A stretch of 63,763 nt of DNA, counting the filler, from Octopus bimaculoides (Eukaryota), in NCBI RefSeq assembly GCF_001194135.2. It is 4 parts of 4 records of this genome, joined end to end, with 100 filler letters (N's around TTAATTAATTAA, not from the genome) between each part and the next. Parts side by side here need not be neighbours in the genome. Positions count along the whole stretch, not along the records: positions 21,459 to 52,997 come from NC_068984.1; 3 more parts are not named here. One strand, written 5' to 3'. A program made the translations under genes and the position numbers. Below are positions 23,560 to 37,331 of this stretch, in pieces (within the stretch, counting starts at the first letter, position 1; each line of letters opens with the position of its first letter). The notes beneath the pieces are model-generated. The model ran no database searches. It was not told where the DNA came from and was given only the letters and a program-made list of their open reading frames with translations.

Positions 23560-24672
23560 ACGAATTATCATTACAATGCATCCCACAGAAGACCTTGCCC
23601 ATACACAGAGACATTTCGTCATTTAAATCTTACATTTTGATCTGAACTTTAACGATTTCATATTTATTAGCCCTTGCTTGACCTTCCTTCACCCTCAAAC
23701 GGCCGGAAAGGATTGCAAAATAACACGACCAAAAAACAACAAAAGATATTTCTTATTCTTAATCCATATATGCCCATTAAAATTTCACTGTATTTAGATT
23801 AAACGTTATGTTAAGCTTTCCCCATCTAGTTGCTCAAGGTGCCACGCTGTGGGACTGAACCCAGAACCATATGGTTGAGAAGCAAGCTTCTTACCACACA
23901 GTTATGCCGGCACCTATTCTTTTCAAAGTCTTTGTATTTTCTTTTAAACTACTCTGAAATCTTTGTTTTCTGTCTTATAGAATATGTGGGCGATAAAGTT
24001 GAACATATCAAAATCATTTTGTTAAAGACATTTTCAATAATTTCAATGTATTCAAGTTTAACCCTTTAACAGCGGACATCGTCACTTGATGTTTCAAAGA
24101 TTTTAAATGGATACGGCCATCATCAAAGGAAAGTGAACATTTTTCGGCACTTTTCTATTATAGTATAGTAAATTTTATTTTGCGTGAGGTTAACAATTAT
24201 TATACTTTTGTATTTATTTAAAGAGAAAATAGGTTTTAAAATTACCTTTATAAACCCTGGTTGTGCTTTCGCAACGCAAAACCTGCTCCTACTTGTTTGG
24301 AGATGAACTCGCCGATAATCATCTGACTGAGTATACGAAATGTTCAGTAGATAGTCGACACCAGTAGCTAACATTTGCATGCTGTCCTTCTCTTCCAGAT
24401 TGTGAAAGCTTACCATAAAGTTTAATCTAAATACAGTGAATTTTTTATGGGCATATATGGATTAAGAAAAAGAAATATCTTTTGTTGATTTTGGTCGTTT
24501 TGTACACACATTCATGCAATCCTTTCCCGCCGTTTGAGGGTGAAGGAAGGTCTAGCAAGAGCTAATAAATATGAAATCGTTAAAGTTCAGATCAAAATGT
24601 AAGATATAAATGACGAAATGTCTCTGTGTATAAACATGGTCTTCTGTGGGATGCATTGTAGTGATAATTCGT
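23560..24672. repeat. Inverted repeat, arms 23560-23820 and 24404-24672, 583-bp spacer
   Basis: e.g. CATATTTATTAGCCCTTGCTTGACCTTCCTTCACCCTCAAACGG / CCGTTTGAGGGTGAAGGAAGGTCTAGCAAGAGCTAATAAATATG; roughly 85-90% identity by eye. Confidence 0.9.
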
Positions 24673-25044
24673 AGGTGAAGAAAAGTCATGAACAGAGAAG
24701 GAAAATGTGCATTTGATATAATGAGCCTAAAAGATTTTCTAATCAGTTGAAATTATATCAACTGAAAGAATTAGCGTATATGCTGGATGGAATGTTAGCT
24801 TTCTAAGCAGGCTGAGAATGGGACCTTTAAAGGAACAACGTTAAACTTGCAACCATAAAAAAATGGTTAGGGTTCTTCATTTTCACTATGCAGTTGCTCT
24901 ACAGGATAGTTAGAAAATGAATGTAACTGTTAACTGTAGTAGTTTAGCAAGTAGGCTTGAGTTCAAATGATGTGTCATATAAACTACACATGTTTGGGTT
25001 CAAGCGAAGCAAACTAGCGGCATCACAAATAGGAAGACAACTAA

Positions 25045-25200
25045 TAAGGAGAATATCATTGATATGGACAACGGAATAAGATCAATCTATCCCCATGGAT
25101 TTAATAAACGATTCAACAATAGATTCCGAGAGCATTACTGAATACGACAAACATTTGAAGACACTTGGATGATGAAACGGCCGAAATGGTGTGACTATAA
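25045..25200 (+). mobile_element. Possible highly degraded Penelope GIY-YIG C-terminus
   Basis: With one frameshift W.TE.RSIYPHGFNKRF resembles the PLE W...L.T..P.GLN end motif; weak. Confidence 0.25.
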
Positions 25201-26070
25201 CAAAGAAGTTGGAGATGCAAGCCCGATTATATTAGTGTATAAAAATGATAAATCCCTATCTCAGAAGTACTGATAAAACATGCCCAAAATGTAATGACAG
25301 GTGACAGCGTTAAAAGTTTTCAGAGTTGGCAAGGGAGGCCACTGTATTCAAATAAGAAAAATGCAGAGTGGAATGAAGCAGATCTTCGGTAGCTATGAGT
25401 TAAGATAAATCGTTGATAAAGCAATTTGAAATATTCTGTTCTAAGAGCATATACTAAAGTGTAGAATAGCAAACTTTATGTAACGAGCCAAAAATATAAT
25501 TTGAGTGAAATTATATCCGTAATGAGAAGAAAGGTCATTAGAGGAAATGAAATCTTTTCAAATACTTTTTAAGTCATTTTGTTATCTGGCACTTGTATCT
25601 TAGATGTGCTTTGCTAAGGAGGTTTAATAGGTCCGAACATATGAAACCAAATTCACTCTCTTCCAATTATACATGTATTTTTCAATCGATTAAAATTTCT
25701 GTTCGGTTTGTTAAGCCTTAGTAAAGCAAGGGAAAAACAAACAATACATTTTAAGGCAAAAAAAACAACTAAATAATGCCTCTTATGGCGAATAGAGTAG
25801 ATATTTAAAGTCAGAACTAAGAGTAAAAAAAAAATTGTTCGCTCTAAGCATACAACTCTTGAAAATTAACGAGGCCAAAGAATATCCAGGAATAAATATT
25901 TGGGAGCTTCTATCCCAAATCCACTGGAAATATGAATAGGCAATCCAATCATGATAATGGGTTGTAATTGATCAAAGACAGACGAGTCAGCAACATCTCT
26001 AATTTTAGATATATTTCAAGGAAAATTATGCCTTTGTGTATCATTTCGATTTTTGCTCAATGCATAGAGC

Positions 26071-26105
<35 letters not shown>

Positions 26106-26219
26106 GCGCGCGTATATATACACACACACACACACACACAGAGGCACATATATTGATTTCATATGAATCAGGTATGTATAAATAAATAGATGAAAAGAGG
26201 TATGTATATATATATATAT

Positions 26220-26299
<80 letters not shown>

Positions 26300-27234
26300 T
26301 GAAATAAATAGACATATGCCCACATATATACACATTTATATACACATTTACATGCTGATATATGTGTTCATATATNNNNNNNNNNNNNNNNNNNNNNNNN
26401 NNNNNNNNNNNNNNNNNNNNNNNNNNNNNNNNNNNNNNNNNNNNNNNNNNNNNNNNNNNNNNNNNNNNNNNNNNNNNNNNNNNNNNNNNNNNNNNNNNNN
26501 NNNNNNNNNNNNNNNNNNNNNNNNNNNNNNNNNNNNNNNNNNNNNNNNNNNNNNNNNNNNNNNNNNNNNNNNNNNNNNNNNNNNNNNNNNNNNNNNNNNN
26601 NNNNNNNNNNNNNNNNNNNNNNNNNNNNNNNNNNNNNNNNNNNNNNNNNNNNNNNNNNNNNNNNNNNNNNNNNNNNNNNNNNNNNNNNNNNNNNNNNNNN
26701 NNNNNNNNNNNNNNNNNNNNNNNNNNNNNNNNNNNNNNNNNNNNNNNNNNNNNNNNNNNNNNNNNNNNNNNNNNNNNNNNNNNNNNNNNNNNNNNNNNNN
26801 NNNNNNNNNNNNNNNNNNNNNNNNNNNNNNNNNNNNNNNNNNNNNNNNNNNNNNNNNNNNNNNNNNNNNNNNNNNNNNNNNNNNNNNNNNNNNNNNNNNN
26901 NNNNNNNNNNNNNNNNNNNNNNNNNNNNNNNNNNNNNNNNNNNNNNNNNNNNNNNNNNNNNNNNNNNNNNNNNNNNNNNNNNNNNNNNNNNNNNNNNNNN
27001 NNNNNNNNNNNNNNNNNNNNNNNNNNNNNNNNNNNNNNNNNNNNNNNNNNNNNNNNNNNNNNNNNNNNNNNNNNNNNNNNNNNNNNNNNNNNNNNNNNNN
27101 NNNNNNNNNNNNNNNNNNNNNNNNNNNNNNNNNNNNNNNNNNNNNNNNNNNNNNNNNNNNNNNNNNNNNNNNNNNNNNNNNNNNNNNNNNNNNNNNNNNN
27201 NNNNNNNNNNNNNNNNNNNNNNNNNNNNNNNNNN

Positions 27235-27290
<56 letters not shown>

Positions 27291-28396
27291 GTATGCATCA
27301 GTGGTGTATGCAATACGTTTTGCATGATAATTCCTAGATTAGATACGCTTTGTCATCTAGAAGTATGTAGTACATATATTTTGCTCTCATCTCCAAATCT
27401 CATTTAAAAGAAAAATAATGCATATGACTATATTAATTATAGATTATTGAATACATCCCAGTTACGTAAAAATTATCTATTAGATACAAGTTTGATTTCT
27501 ATAGATACATATTTTCTTTTTAATATTTTTTTCTTTCCTAACGATAAATGTTGCATATCTGTGATGCGTACATATATCTATGCGTTCATCTGCTTTTATT
27601 AATATGTTAAGACTTACTTAATCTCATTATGTATCTACAACACAATTATAGAATAGTATTAATCTTTTACCAGCATAACTTTTTTTTGTGGGGTGAGAGC
27701 AGTGGTTTCTTTTAAATTACAATATTCCAATCTCTCTTTCATTAATTTGGACATTTAGAAATTGAATTCCAAAAGGCCTACAGCATATTCGTCTATTTTT
27801 TTAAGGTTAAAATTTTTTATAATGGATGCAACGTTTTGGTTTCTAACTTAGACGCAAGACCAACAATTTTTAGAAGTTGTAGAGTCGATACCATCTACAA
27901 ATAAATATTAATTCTTGGCTGATATTTTGTTTTATCGATCTCGAAAAAATATGAAAAGAAGTAAATTGAACTCAGAATGTAAGGAATCAGAGTTAATTCC
28001 GCAATGCTTTTTAAAGATCATCTAACGATTCTGCCAATTCATCGTGGAAAAGCAATTTTAGCAATCTACAATCAAGTTTACATTTAAAGAAGTTGTGGAA
28101 ATTTTGGAGAAAAAGAAACGCTCTGCTCTCTCTCTTTGAACCTCATACACCAAACTCACCTTTTCACCAAAGCTGCCAAATATCAATACATGCCTGCACA
28201 TAATCAACACCTACACCCTACTTCAGTTAAGTGTTTGCAGCATGCTCATTTTCTGATCAAAGGAACGTGTCCTTTTCCCAATTTTGGTCTGGTATTTGTG
28301 TCAACATATGGCGGTCAAGCATTAATGAACTCTGAATCAACGAAGGTATCCACCAGTCTATCTCGACCTCATACTCATAGCCTTCTCTTGAAACAC

Positions 28397-28506
<110 letters not shown>

Positions 28507-28570
28507 AAGCCTAACGAAGTCTGACTCTGAGGACTTTAACCAACCCCTCGAGCCAGTGACAAACACTCAC

Positions 28571-28631
28571 CCGTATTGCTATGCATTTTCATGTATCGAG
28601 CTGGAAATACACCGACTCGTTTACGTTTCAT
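28571..28631 (-). CDS. Candidate first coding exon (MKRKRVGVFPARYMKMHSNT+G) in a CpG-rich unique island
   Basis: ATG at 28631, donor CGG|GTGAGT at 28570; no homology recognised. Confidence 0.2.
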
Positions 28632-29448
28632 CGAGATGTCAGATTTTCTTGGACCTCGAACAACCGATTTCCTCTACAAAAATCGGGATAACGGCGTCCC
28701 GTCTGAGAAATGAACTCCGCGAGGTGGAGTGTCTGATATAATGAGTATCGGTGGCTATTCTCTGTGGCAACACCATCGCGATCATAACTACAGGGCACGA
28801 ATGAGCACAGCATTTGTTCCAGTGTGTGTAGCCCATCGCCCCCTCCACCTCCATCTTCAGCTGCTTTATCCACCGCTTCTTTCTTTCTTTTCCTTCTGTT
28901 TCTTTTTATGTAAATCTTATAATTTAAGATGTGACTTGTTGTATAGTTGACAGTAAAAATAAAGCATTTTCAAAATACTTAAAAAAAAGGTTATCACAGC
29001 ATATTTCTTTTATTACCATCTCGTATTTCCCGATATGCGATGTATCTGACCCTATAACAGTGAAGGCCTTCGCATATACAGATGCTGCTTAACACTTCCA
29101 TCTTCAGCAGTAAAACCTCGAGGATCAAAATCCATTATGGCAGAGAGTGAGTGGGCACTTGCGATGACCTGAACATGTAAGATCTAACCGAATGTTAACA
29201 AAACAACACTGGTATACCTTTGATATACCTTATGATGAACTCACACTAGTCAAAGAAACATTAAGATTTTAAAATAAAACATAAACAAAGGTAAAACTAA
29301 ATAGTAACATGATCGAAAAGACGACAGGTGAAATTTATGAAAGAATTTCCAAGATTTTAGACATATTCCTACAATTTTGTAAAATAAAATATCCAATACG
29401 ACATCAGTTTCAAATTTTGGCCAAAGATCAGCAGTTTCAGAGGTGCTA

Positions 29449-29713
29449 TGTCTTTTTGTCCGACGTCACTTCGTCATACGTCTTTTCGTCCACTTCTTTT
29501 GGTCCGACTTCTTTTTGTCCGATAATTTTTTTGTCCAACAACAAATCCTATCGATAAAATTCTCAATGATTATTTGATTTTGATGTTCACCTTGTTTTCT
29601 AAAGAATTTATTTAAAATTGGGCAAAAAGAGTTGGACAAAAAAAATCATCGGACAAAAAGATGTCGGACCAAAAGACGTGGACGAAGTGACATCGGACGA
29701 GAAGTTGGGTCAC
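29449..29713. mobile_element. Foldback-type MITE with modular TIRs
   Basis: Left arm of (TTTTGTCCGAC)-like units, right arm of (GTCGGACAAAA)-like units, AT-rich centre. Confidence 0.65.
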
Positions 29714-30069
29714 GGTTTCAGGAGAGGAGGATGGTTGATTTCATTCATTCCAGTGCTCAACTGGTACTTATTTTATTGACCCCGCGAAAGGAAGAAAGGC
29801 AAAGTTGACCCCCCAGTGGCATTTGAACTTAGAACGTAAAGCCGGATGAAATTCCGCTGAGCATGTGGGTGGTCCGACGTTCTAACGATTCTGCCAGCCC
29901 GTCGCCTTTAAAAGCAAACATAATACTTATACCAAAACACATAATACCAAAAGAAAGATCAAAAGAAACATGTAATTTCGACAAAACATGCACAAGCTGT
30001 AAAGGGAAGAGATGTCAACATTACGAAGCAATATCATAATAAATAAACAAATAAATTATAGGAAAACAG

Positions 30070-30290
30070 GTGGATAATGAATAATGGAAGATAAATTCTA
30101 TCAATAAATGGAGCAGGCTTAAGAAAATCACGATATCAAGAGTTTATGGAAGATACAAGAAAATGTGGGATCCTGGAAACAGAGATAAAATATTTTTGCA
30201 TAAAACTGGGACATGAATTCAGAGCATTTAGGGAAGCATTGATTGTTGTGTGGTATATCGATCTATGAAATCACTATATTGTCCGTAACA
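30070..30290 (+). mobile_element. Possible relic of a restriction-like endonuclease LINE C-terminus
   Basis: NKWSRLKK/SRYQEFMEDTRKCG..IKYFCIKLG resembles the K..RY..L.......G.....PIE.G motif; needs a frameshift. Confidence 0.35.
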
Positions 30291-31520
30291 TCGATTCTAT
30301 GCCTATGTAGTGATTTTAACAAAAGAAAAACGTCGGTTTTTTTTTCTTTTGCTGTGTAGTCATGTTGTCACAATCCGCAGCTGCCATATTTGCTGTTATA
30401 ACTCTGGTTTTTTTAATTCCTTTTCAAACTGTACAACAGCTTACCATGAATGCATTTTATATTATCTTTTCTGTTGTATGTGTATGTATGTCTGTATCAG
30501 CAAATACAGCCAGGTATTTTCTTCGGTGCATTAACGATTCTGCCAGTCAACCACCCAAGAATAATTGTTTTAAGATTGAGAAACAAAGTCAACAGCTTCG
30601 AAGGAAGAGAGTAACTCGATACCATTGATCATTATTCTTGACTGGTACTTTATGTTATCNNNNNNNNNNNNNNNNNNNNNNNNNNNNNNNNNNNNNNNNN
30701 NNNNNNNNNNNNNNNNNNNNNNNNNNNNNNNNNNNNNNNNNNNNNNNNNNNNNNNNNNNNNNNNNNNNNNNNNNNNNNNNNNNNNNNNNNNNNNNNNNNN
30801 NNNNNNNNNNNNNNNNNNNNNNNNNNNNNNNNNNNNNNNNNNNNNNNNNNNNNNNNNNNNNNNNNNNNNNNNNNNNNNNNNNNNNNNNNNNNNNNNNNNN
30901 NNNNNNNNNNNNNNNNNNNNNNNNNNNNNNNNNNNNNNNNNNNNNNNNNNNNNNNNNNNNNNNNNNNNNNNNNNNNNNNNNNNNNNNNNNNNNNNNNNNN
31001 NNNNNNNNNNNNNNNNNNNNNNNNNNNNNNNNNNNNNNNNNNNNNNNNNNNNNNNNNNNNNNNNNNNNNNNNNNNNNNNNNNNNNNNNNNNNNNNNNNNN
31101 NNNNNNNNNNNNNNNNNNNNNNNNNNNNNNNNNNNNNNNNNNNNNNNNNNNNNNNNNNNNNNNNNNNNNNNNNNNNNNNNNNNNNNNNNNNNNNNNNNNN
31201 NNNNNNNNNNNNNNNNNNNNNNNNNNNNNNNNNNNNNNNNNNNNNNNNNNNNNNNNNNNNNNNNNNNNNNNNNNNNNNNNNNNNNNNNNNNNNNNNNNNN
31301 NNNNNNNNNNNNNNNNNNNNNNNNNNNNNNNNNNNNNNNNNNNNNNNNNNNNNNNNNNNNNNNNNNNNNNNNNNNNNNNNNNNNNNNNNNNNNNNNNNNN
31401 NNNNNNNNNNNNNNNNNNNNNNNNNNNNNNNNNNNNNNNNNNNNNNNNNNNNNNNNNNNNNNNNNNNNNNNNNNNNNNNNNNNNNNNNNNNNNNNNNNNN
31501 NNNNNNNNNNNNNNNNNNNN

Positions 31521-32266
31521 ATTTCAGGGCTAAAAGCAGAGAGTGAGGGTTTCATATTAGCTGCTCAAGACCAAAGCTTATTAACCCGGAACTACCAAGC
31601 CAATGTGATAAAAAATGGAGCTGAGCCAAAATGCCGATTCTGTAACGATGCGATTGAAACTATAGACCACCTAATCTCAGGGTGTAGAGTCTTAGCACCT
31701 GTAGAATGTAAAGCAAGACATGACAGAGTCGGCCAGTATTTACACTGGACAATATGTCGGCATTATAAAATCAAAACCGCTGACAAATGGTGTAAACACC
31801 ATCCTGAATCTGTGACTGAGGGAGAAAATGTATCGATTCTCTGGGACTTCCCCGTACATACCGACAAAACTATAAAAGCTAATAAACCGAATATTATTAT
31901 AAAAGATCAGACAAAGAAGAAGTATTTATTAATTGACATGAGTATTCCTTGCGAGCATAATATAGCGGCGAAAGAATTTGACAAGATCAGTAAATATAAA
32001 GACTTACTAATAGACATTGAAAAAATGTGGCACCTCAAGGCGACTACCGTACCAGTGATTGTAGGATCTCTAGGAATGATAGAAAAANNNNNNNNNNCTC
32101 AAGGCGACTACCGTACCAGTGATTGTAGGATCTCTAGGAATGATAGAAAAAAAAGGTACTGAAACCTATTTGAAAATGATACCAGGCTTACCATCCCTAC
32201 AGGAAGTGCAAAAAATCGTGTTAACTTGAACGACTCATGTACTGAGAAGAGCATTATCGCGGTAAA
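31521..32266 (+). mobile_element. R4/Dong-clade LINE C-terminal region: CCHC knuckle plus RLE (PD..D) endonuclease
   Basis: ESEGFILAAQDQSLLTRNY...CRFCNDAIETIDHLISGC...RHDRV..YLHW...ILWDFPVHTDKTIKANKPNIIIKD...LIDMSIP...KISKYKDL; a different subfamily from 18397-18790. Confidence 0.9.
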
Positions 32267-32454
32267 ACACCATCCAATCATGAATTTATTTATTCATTAA
32301 TTTTTTTTTAAATACATATTTTACCTGTGAATTTGCGTGTGTAAACTGGGAATGCATACAATGAGCTTCTCTGCCCTAGGTGTACGGAAAACACTCGGCA
32401 AGAAATGGAAGAAAATTTGAAGAAAGAAGAAAATAAAGAACATAATAATAATAA

Positions 32455-32640
32455 CCAGGACTTACAAATATATATAACATACAGAAAATTACATTACTAG
32501 GCACTGCACACATCCTACGCAAAACACTTTCAATACAGTAACCATAAGAACACCACAGCAAACCACAGCACATACCCAAGGCGCACAGAGCTGCGCTCGG
32601 TAGTGAAGTGAAAGCACGTTATAAAAATAAAACTACTGAA
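32455..32640 (+). mobile_element. Short 5'-truncated R4/Dong copy inside (TAA)n
   Basis: Near-identical to 18596-18790; (TAA)4 before and (C/T)AATAATAAT after. Confidence 0.85.
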
Positions 32641-33213
32641 CAATAATAATAATAACAAAAGAAACTGTTTTTCGAAATAAAATTTATTTTTCTTACATGA
32701 CTGTCACTCTTCTTTCTACAGGAGCAACTAATTCCCCAGTGACACTTATTGTTATTTTTGTGGTTGCTTCGATCAAGAACAGTCCTAATCAGTCGTACCT
32801 ATGATATGATCAAACGCGTTCCAGTGGGACCATACCAGTTTTTGTATATTTTAGACTTCAATTATGAAACATGTCAGTCCATATTTTCAAGGCGGTTGGA
32901 GTATTATTTGAAGGTATTTGGTTGCTGGTTCTAGCAGACCGTGTGGCCGTGCAGTGACACTATCGTTAGCTTGACTACAACGCGTAAAATTTATGGTTTC
33001 TATGCAGGAATCATTAAAAATCTGACATCCCAAATATTTTAATGTAATATCTGAACATCTAAATTTGTGTCATTACCATATCAGTTTGTTCTTTGTTGGA
33101 TCTCCATTGGCTTCAATGGCTGTCAAAATACATCAAAGCATAGAGGAAACCAATCTGTGACACTGCTCAAGTGGCATAGAAGTCTAGATAGTTGCACACG
33201 TTCACACCTTTAT

Positions 33214-33327
<114 letters not shown>

Positions 33328-33962
33328 TATATGCATAACTAGTTAGTTAATTAGTTAGTTATATGATTAGATAATTAAATAAATCTACACAGAAGTTATA
33401 GCATTTGTGGCATTTATAACCGTAATTTTTTTAAAATTAGAATTCTAAAGATCAAACATAATGCTCAAATTGGCATGTGTATGTGTGCGCGTGCGCGCGT
33501 GTCTGTGTCTGTGTGTATGCATGTATTCATGCATGAATGTATATATGTATGTATATATGTATGTATATATGTATGTATGTATGTATCACTTTATTTTTTA
33601 AAAAAATAAAATAAAATAAAATAAAATCAGCTTTGATATTTATTGGGAGATATGAATTTCTAGAATCTTAAAGTGGTTAGAAGGCAAATTGTAATTAGTG
33701 TAGTTTGAAATTAATTTAAATGTCAGATCATGTCTAAGAAATACTGGAGCTTACAATCGTCTGTCTATTTCTGTTTGTAAACAAGATCAGAGTTCGAGGA
33801 AACTAGGAGTAATCTACATCAGCAAAAATTAACATATATGCAAATGTGTGTATTTACATACATCCATCAATACATACATACTTACACAAATACATACATA
33901 CATGTGTGTGTGCGTGTGTGTGCGTGTGTGTGCGTGTGTGTGCGTGTGTGTGNNNNNNNNNN

Positions 33963-34007
<45 letters not shown>

Positions 34008-34199
34008 GTTCTGTCCAGTTTTTAGTATTCATTGAACAGTTAAACATGATATTCAATACTGCAAATTTAAACCTCAGTAATCAATATAATTTCCTTCTTT
34101 TCTTATCACGTCACTCAAGGGTTTTTAAAAAGTTTTTTAAAGCCTGGTTTAAAACTTTTTGTTGGGTTTTAAATTACAATATACTTAATTAAAATTCCT

Positions 34200-35500
34200 T
34201 GTATTCCCTGCCGGCTATATTTTCCCTGTCTAAATGGTTTTGCAAAGATCTAAATTAGAAGAAACCTTATGGACCAAGGTCTGGGGAATATGGAGAATGT
34301 AGCATGTTTTCCCATCCAAAAATTCAAAAACATTTTCGGTGATTTATTTGCTGTGAGGATGAGCATTATCCTTATGAAAGAGAACACCGTTCCTGCGGTT
34401 TATTAAAGCGGGGTGTTTTCAATCCAAAGCAGTCTTCAAAATGTTAAATTGCTGATAGTAGATTACAGAAGAGATCGTTTGATTCCATCCTAAGAGCTCA
34501 AAATGAATAGTCCCTTTCTCCCATATCCCACCAAATACCAGTAAAACTTTCTCTGGATGAAGTTTCCCTTATGGATGTGGTATAAGTTTTAGATTCGGGT
34601 TTAGTCACTGTCTGTAGTATTTAATATTGCTGTAAAGAATCCAGTTCTCATTTCCAGTTGAGACGCGATTTTAAAACATGCTTGGCAGTTACGTGTATGG
34701 AGCAATTCACATCAGTCGATGCATTGTAGACGATTTGTCACTGAAAGAGTGAGGAACCAATTTTCCTTGCTTCTTCAAATGATTATGAATAGTCAGTGGA
34801 GGCGCAATGGCCCAGTGGTTATGACAGCGGACTCGTGGTCGTAGAATCGTGGTTTCGATTCCAAGACCGGGCGTTGTGATTGTTTATTGAGCGAAAACTC
34901 CCAAAGCTTCACGAAGCTCCAGCAAGGGAGGGTGGCGAACTCTGCTGCATTCTTTCACCACAACTTTCACTCTTTCTTACTGTTTCTGTTGTACATGGAT
35001 TTCAAAGGGCCAGCTTTGTCACACTCTGTGTCACGCTAAATCTCCCCGAGAACTATGTTAAGGGCACACGTGTCTGTGGAGTGCTCAGCCACTTGCACGT
35101 TAATTTCACGAGCAGGCTGTTCCGTTGATCGGATTAACTGGAACCCTCAACGTCGTAAGCGACGGAGTGCCACGATGAATAGTCATAAAGCTATGATTAA
35201 ATTTATTGGAAAGCTCCCTCACCGCCACGGCGGGATTTCTTGCAAATTCTGCCTTTAGAATTTCACCCCCACCCCCCATTCGGAAAGACGCCTTGATCTG
35301 GGCTCATGAAGCAAATTGAAACTGCCACGTCTGAATTCTTCAAAACAACTTCTACAAGTTTTTTTTCACTCGGTGCATCTTGACGAGAAGGTTTTTCAAT
35401 ATTTTTGGCTGCTTCGCTTGCATTAGAACCTCAATCAAACTCATAAAGAATAATATGATAGATATTTTCTTTACTTAGTTTAATGAGTTCACCATATAAA
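34200..35500 (-). mobile_element. Mariner transposase pseudogene interrupted by a family C SINE (34800-35175)
   Basis: Minus YEFD*GSNASEAAKNI (HTH start), WVPHSL, RVSTGNENWILYSN, KLHPEKVLL, NQTISSVIYYQQF, GVLFHKDNAHPH; many stops. Confidence 0.8.
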
Positions 35501-37080
35501 AATTTATGAAGATATAGAATATTATGAGTTGTGATTTAGCTGCTATATCTAGCTTGTAGAGCGACCATTTAGAGGTTCCAATAAATTGATTCCTCCAGCA
35601 GTTCTGAAATGGCATGAAACAGCTCCAAGGTGTAAGTATTTATTGTTTTTTTTTGTTTTGTTTTTTGTTTTTTGACTTATGACTCGCAGAATGTTACCCT
35701 CATCACTTTGAGCGTTTAGTTGATCTATATGTTTCTATGTACCGTAAATCTACATGAATAATGCACACTTTTTTTCACTAAATTCAATAATAAAATGACC
35801 GGTATTCATAATACGTGGTATTCGTATAATACACTGTATTCTATAGTGTATTATATAGGCCCAAACACTATCATTATTTTCTCAGCAAACACCATTATTA
35901 TTTTCTCAGTTTCGTCTGATTGATATCTGACATTGAAAGACTGTCGAAACCAGTCGAATACCTTTCAACGACTTTTTTTTTAATTAGAGCATGTTATGTT
36001 TTGTTGTTGGTTATTTAATCTTAGTGGTACTGATAATAATATATAGTATTTGAATAGCACATGGTACTTTGTTTTCTTCAGACAATTTAGGCCCAAGATC
36101 GATATCTATTTTCTCAGTGAGTGCCGTTCGAGTGATACGATATAATATTGAAGAGCTGTCCTCACTAATCGTATGTCGCTTTCCTTGAATTTTCTTCTGA
36201 AACAGAGTATGTCGCTGTGACTATTTATCTATTTATGGGGTTTCCAATTTTTGCTAGAACTGGTTGATTTCAATATCAATGGTGTGAGTTTTCTCTATAC
36301 ACTTAAATCTTGGTAACAATTCTGGCACTGCAAATACATTATTGGACATCGTCTTCGAGTGACGCATTTTTAATAAAATCTGTTATTGTTGTTGTTATTG
36401 TTATGTTGTTGTTGTTGTTGTTATTATCGTTGCTGCTGCTTCTGCTGTTGTTGCCGCTGTTATTGTTTAACCCAGGTCAACTCTATCATTTGAAATTCAA
36501 CTGACTAAAAGTAATGAAATAGCAGCCATTTTTGTAATAACGAAAGATGCCTGCTTATTCCAGTAGCTGTAAGCACTCTCCCTACCTGCTGGGCGGGAAA
36601 TTTCCTACAGCCATCCTTAACTGGGAATAGCCATGACTACCATCCATTCTCCCTGCAATCCTGCAAAAGGGTCTCTTACTTAGCACACATCCATTCAAAA
36701 GTTTGTTTGCACCTTTTTGCCCACGGGAATCACTTTCGAAATAAATTAAGTTCTGATGGATTTCTACCCAGATAGATGGTCTTTTATTTGTTTTTTACAT
36801 TAATTTTTCATACTATTCGATAGCACCTAAAGAAATCTTGAATTGAATATAAGAGAAAATGAAATTAATGGAATATTTCGATAACTGGTGGTTTAAGTAA
36901 TATTGCAGGGGTTGGTGCCATGATGTCAATGTCAGTCGTAAATGACAAAGCGAAATTTCACTGAGGTTGACTTTGCCTTCCATCCTTTCGAGGTCGATGA
37001 TATAAGTACTAATTGAACAGTGGAGTCTATGTGGACGACTAACCCCTCCCCACAAATTTCAGGCCTTGAGCCTTTTAGTA

Positions 37081-37331
37081 CAGCGGTTCTCAACCGGGGT
37101 CCGTATGGCCCTTGGCGGTCCATATAAAATGTTGCTGTTGAAATTTATCTGCCATAAATTGCATAAATTCAATACACAAAATATTCTAATTTTTCATACA
37201 ATTTCTAATAATATTTAATTATAAAAATACTATAGAATTATCTTATATATGTCTCGAATGGCTGTGGAAGTCCAGTAGAGTAAAATAGGAAATAAAGGGT
37301 TCCATTGGCAAAAAGTGGTTGAGAATCACTG
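37081..37331. mobile_element. hAT (Charlie-like) MITE
   Basis: TIR CAGCGGTTCTCAACC / GGTTGAGAATCACTG; TSD degenerate. Confidence 0.7.
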
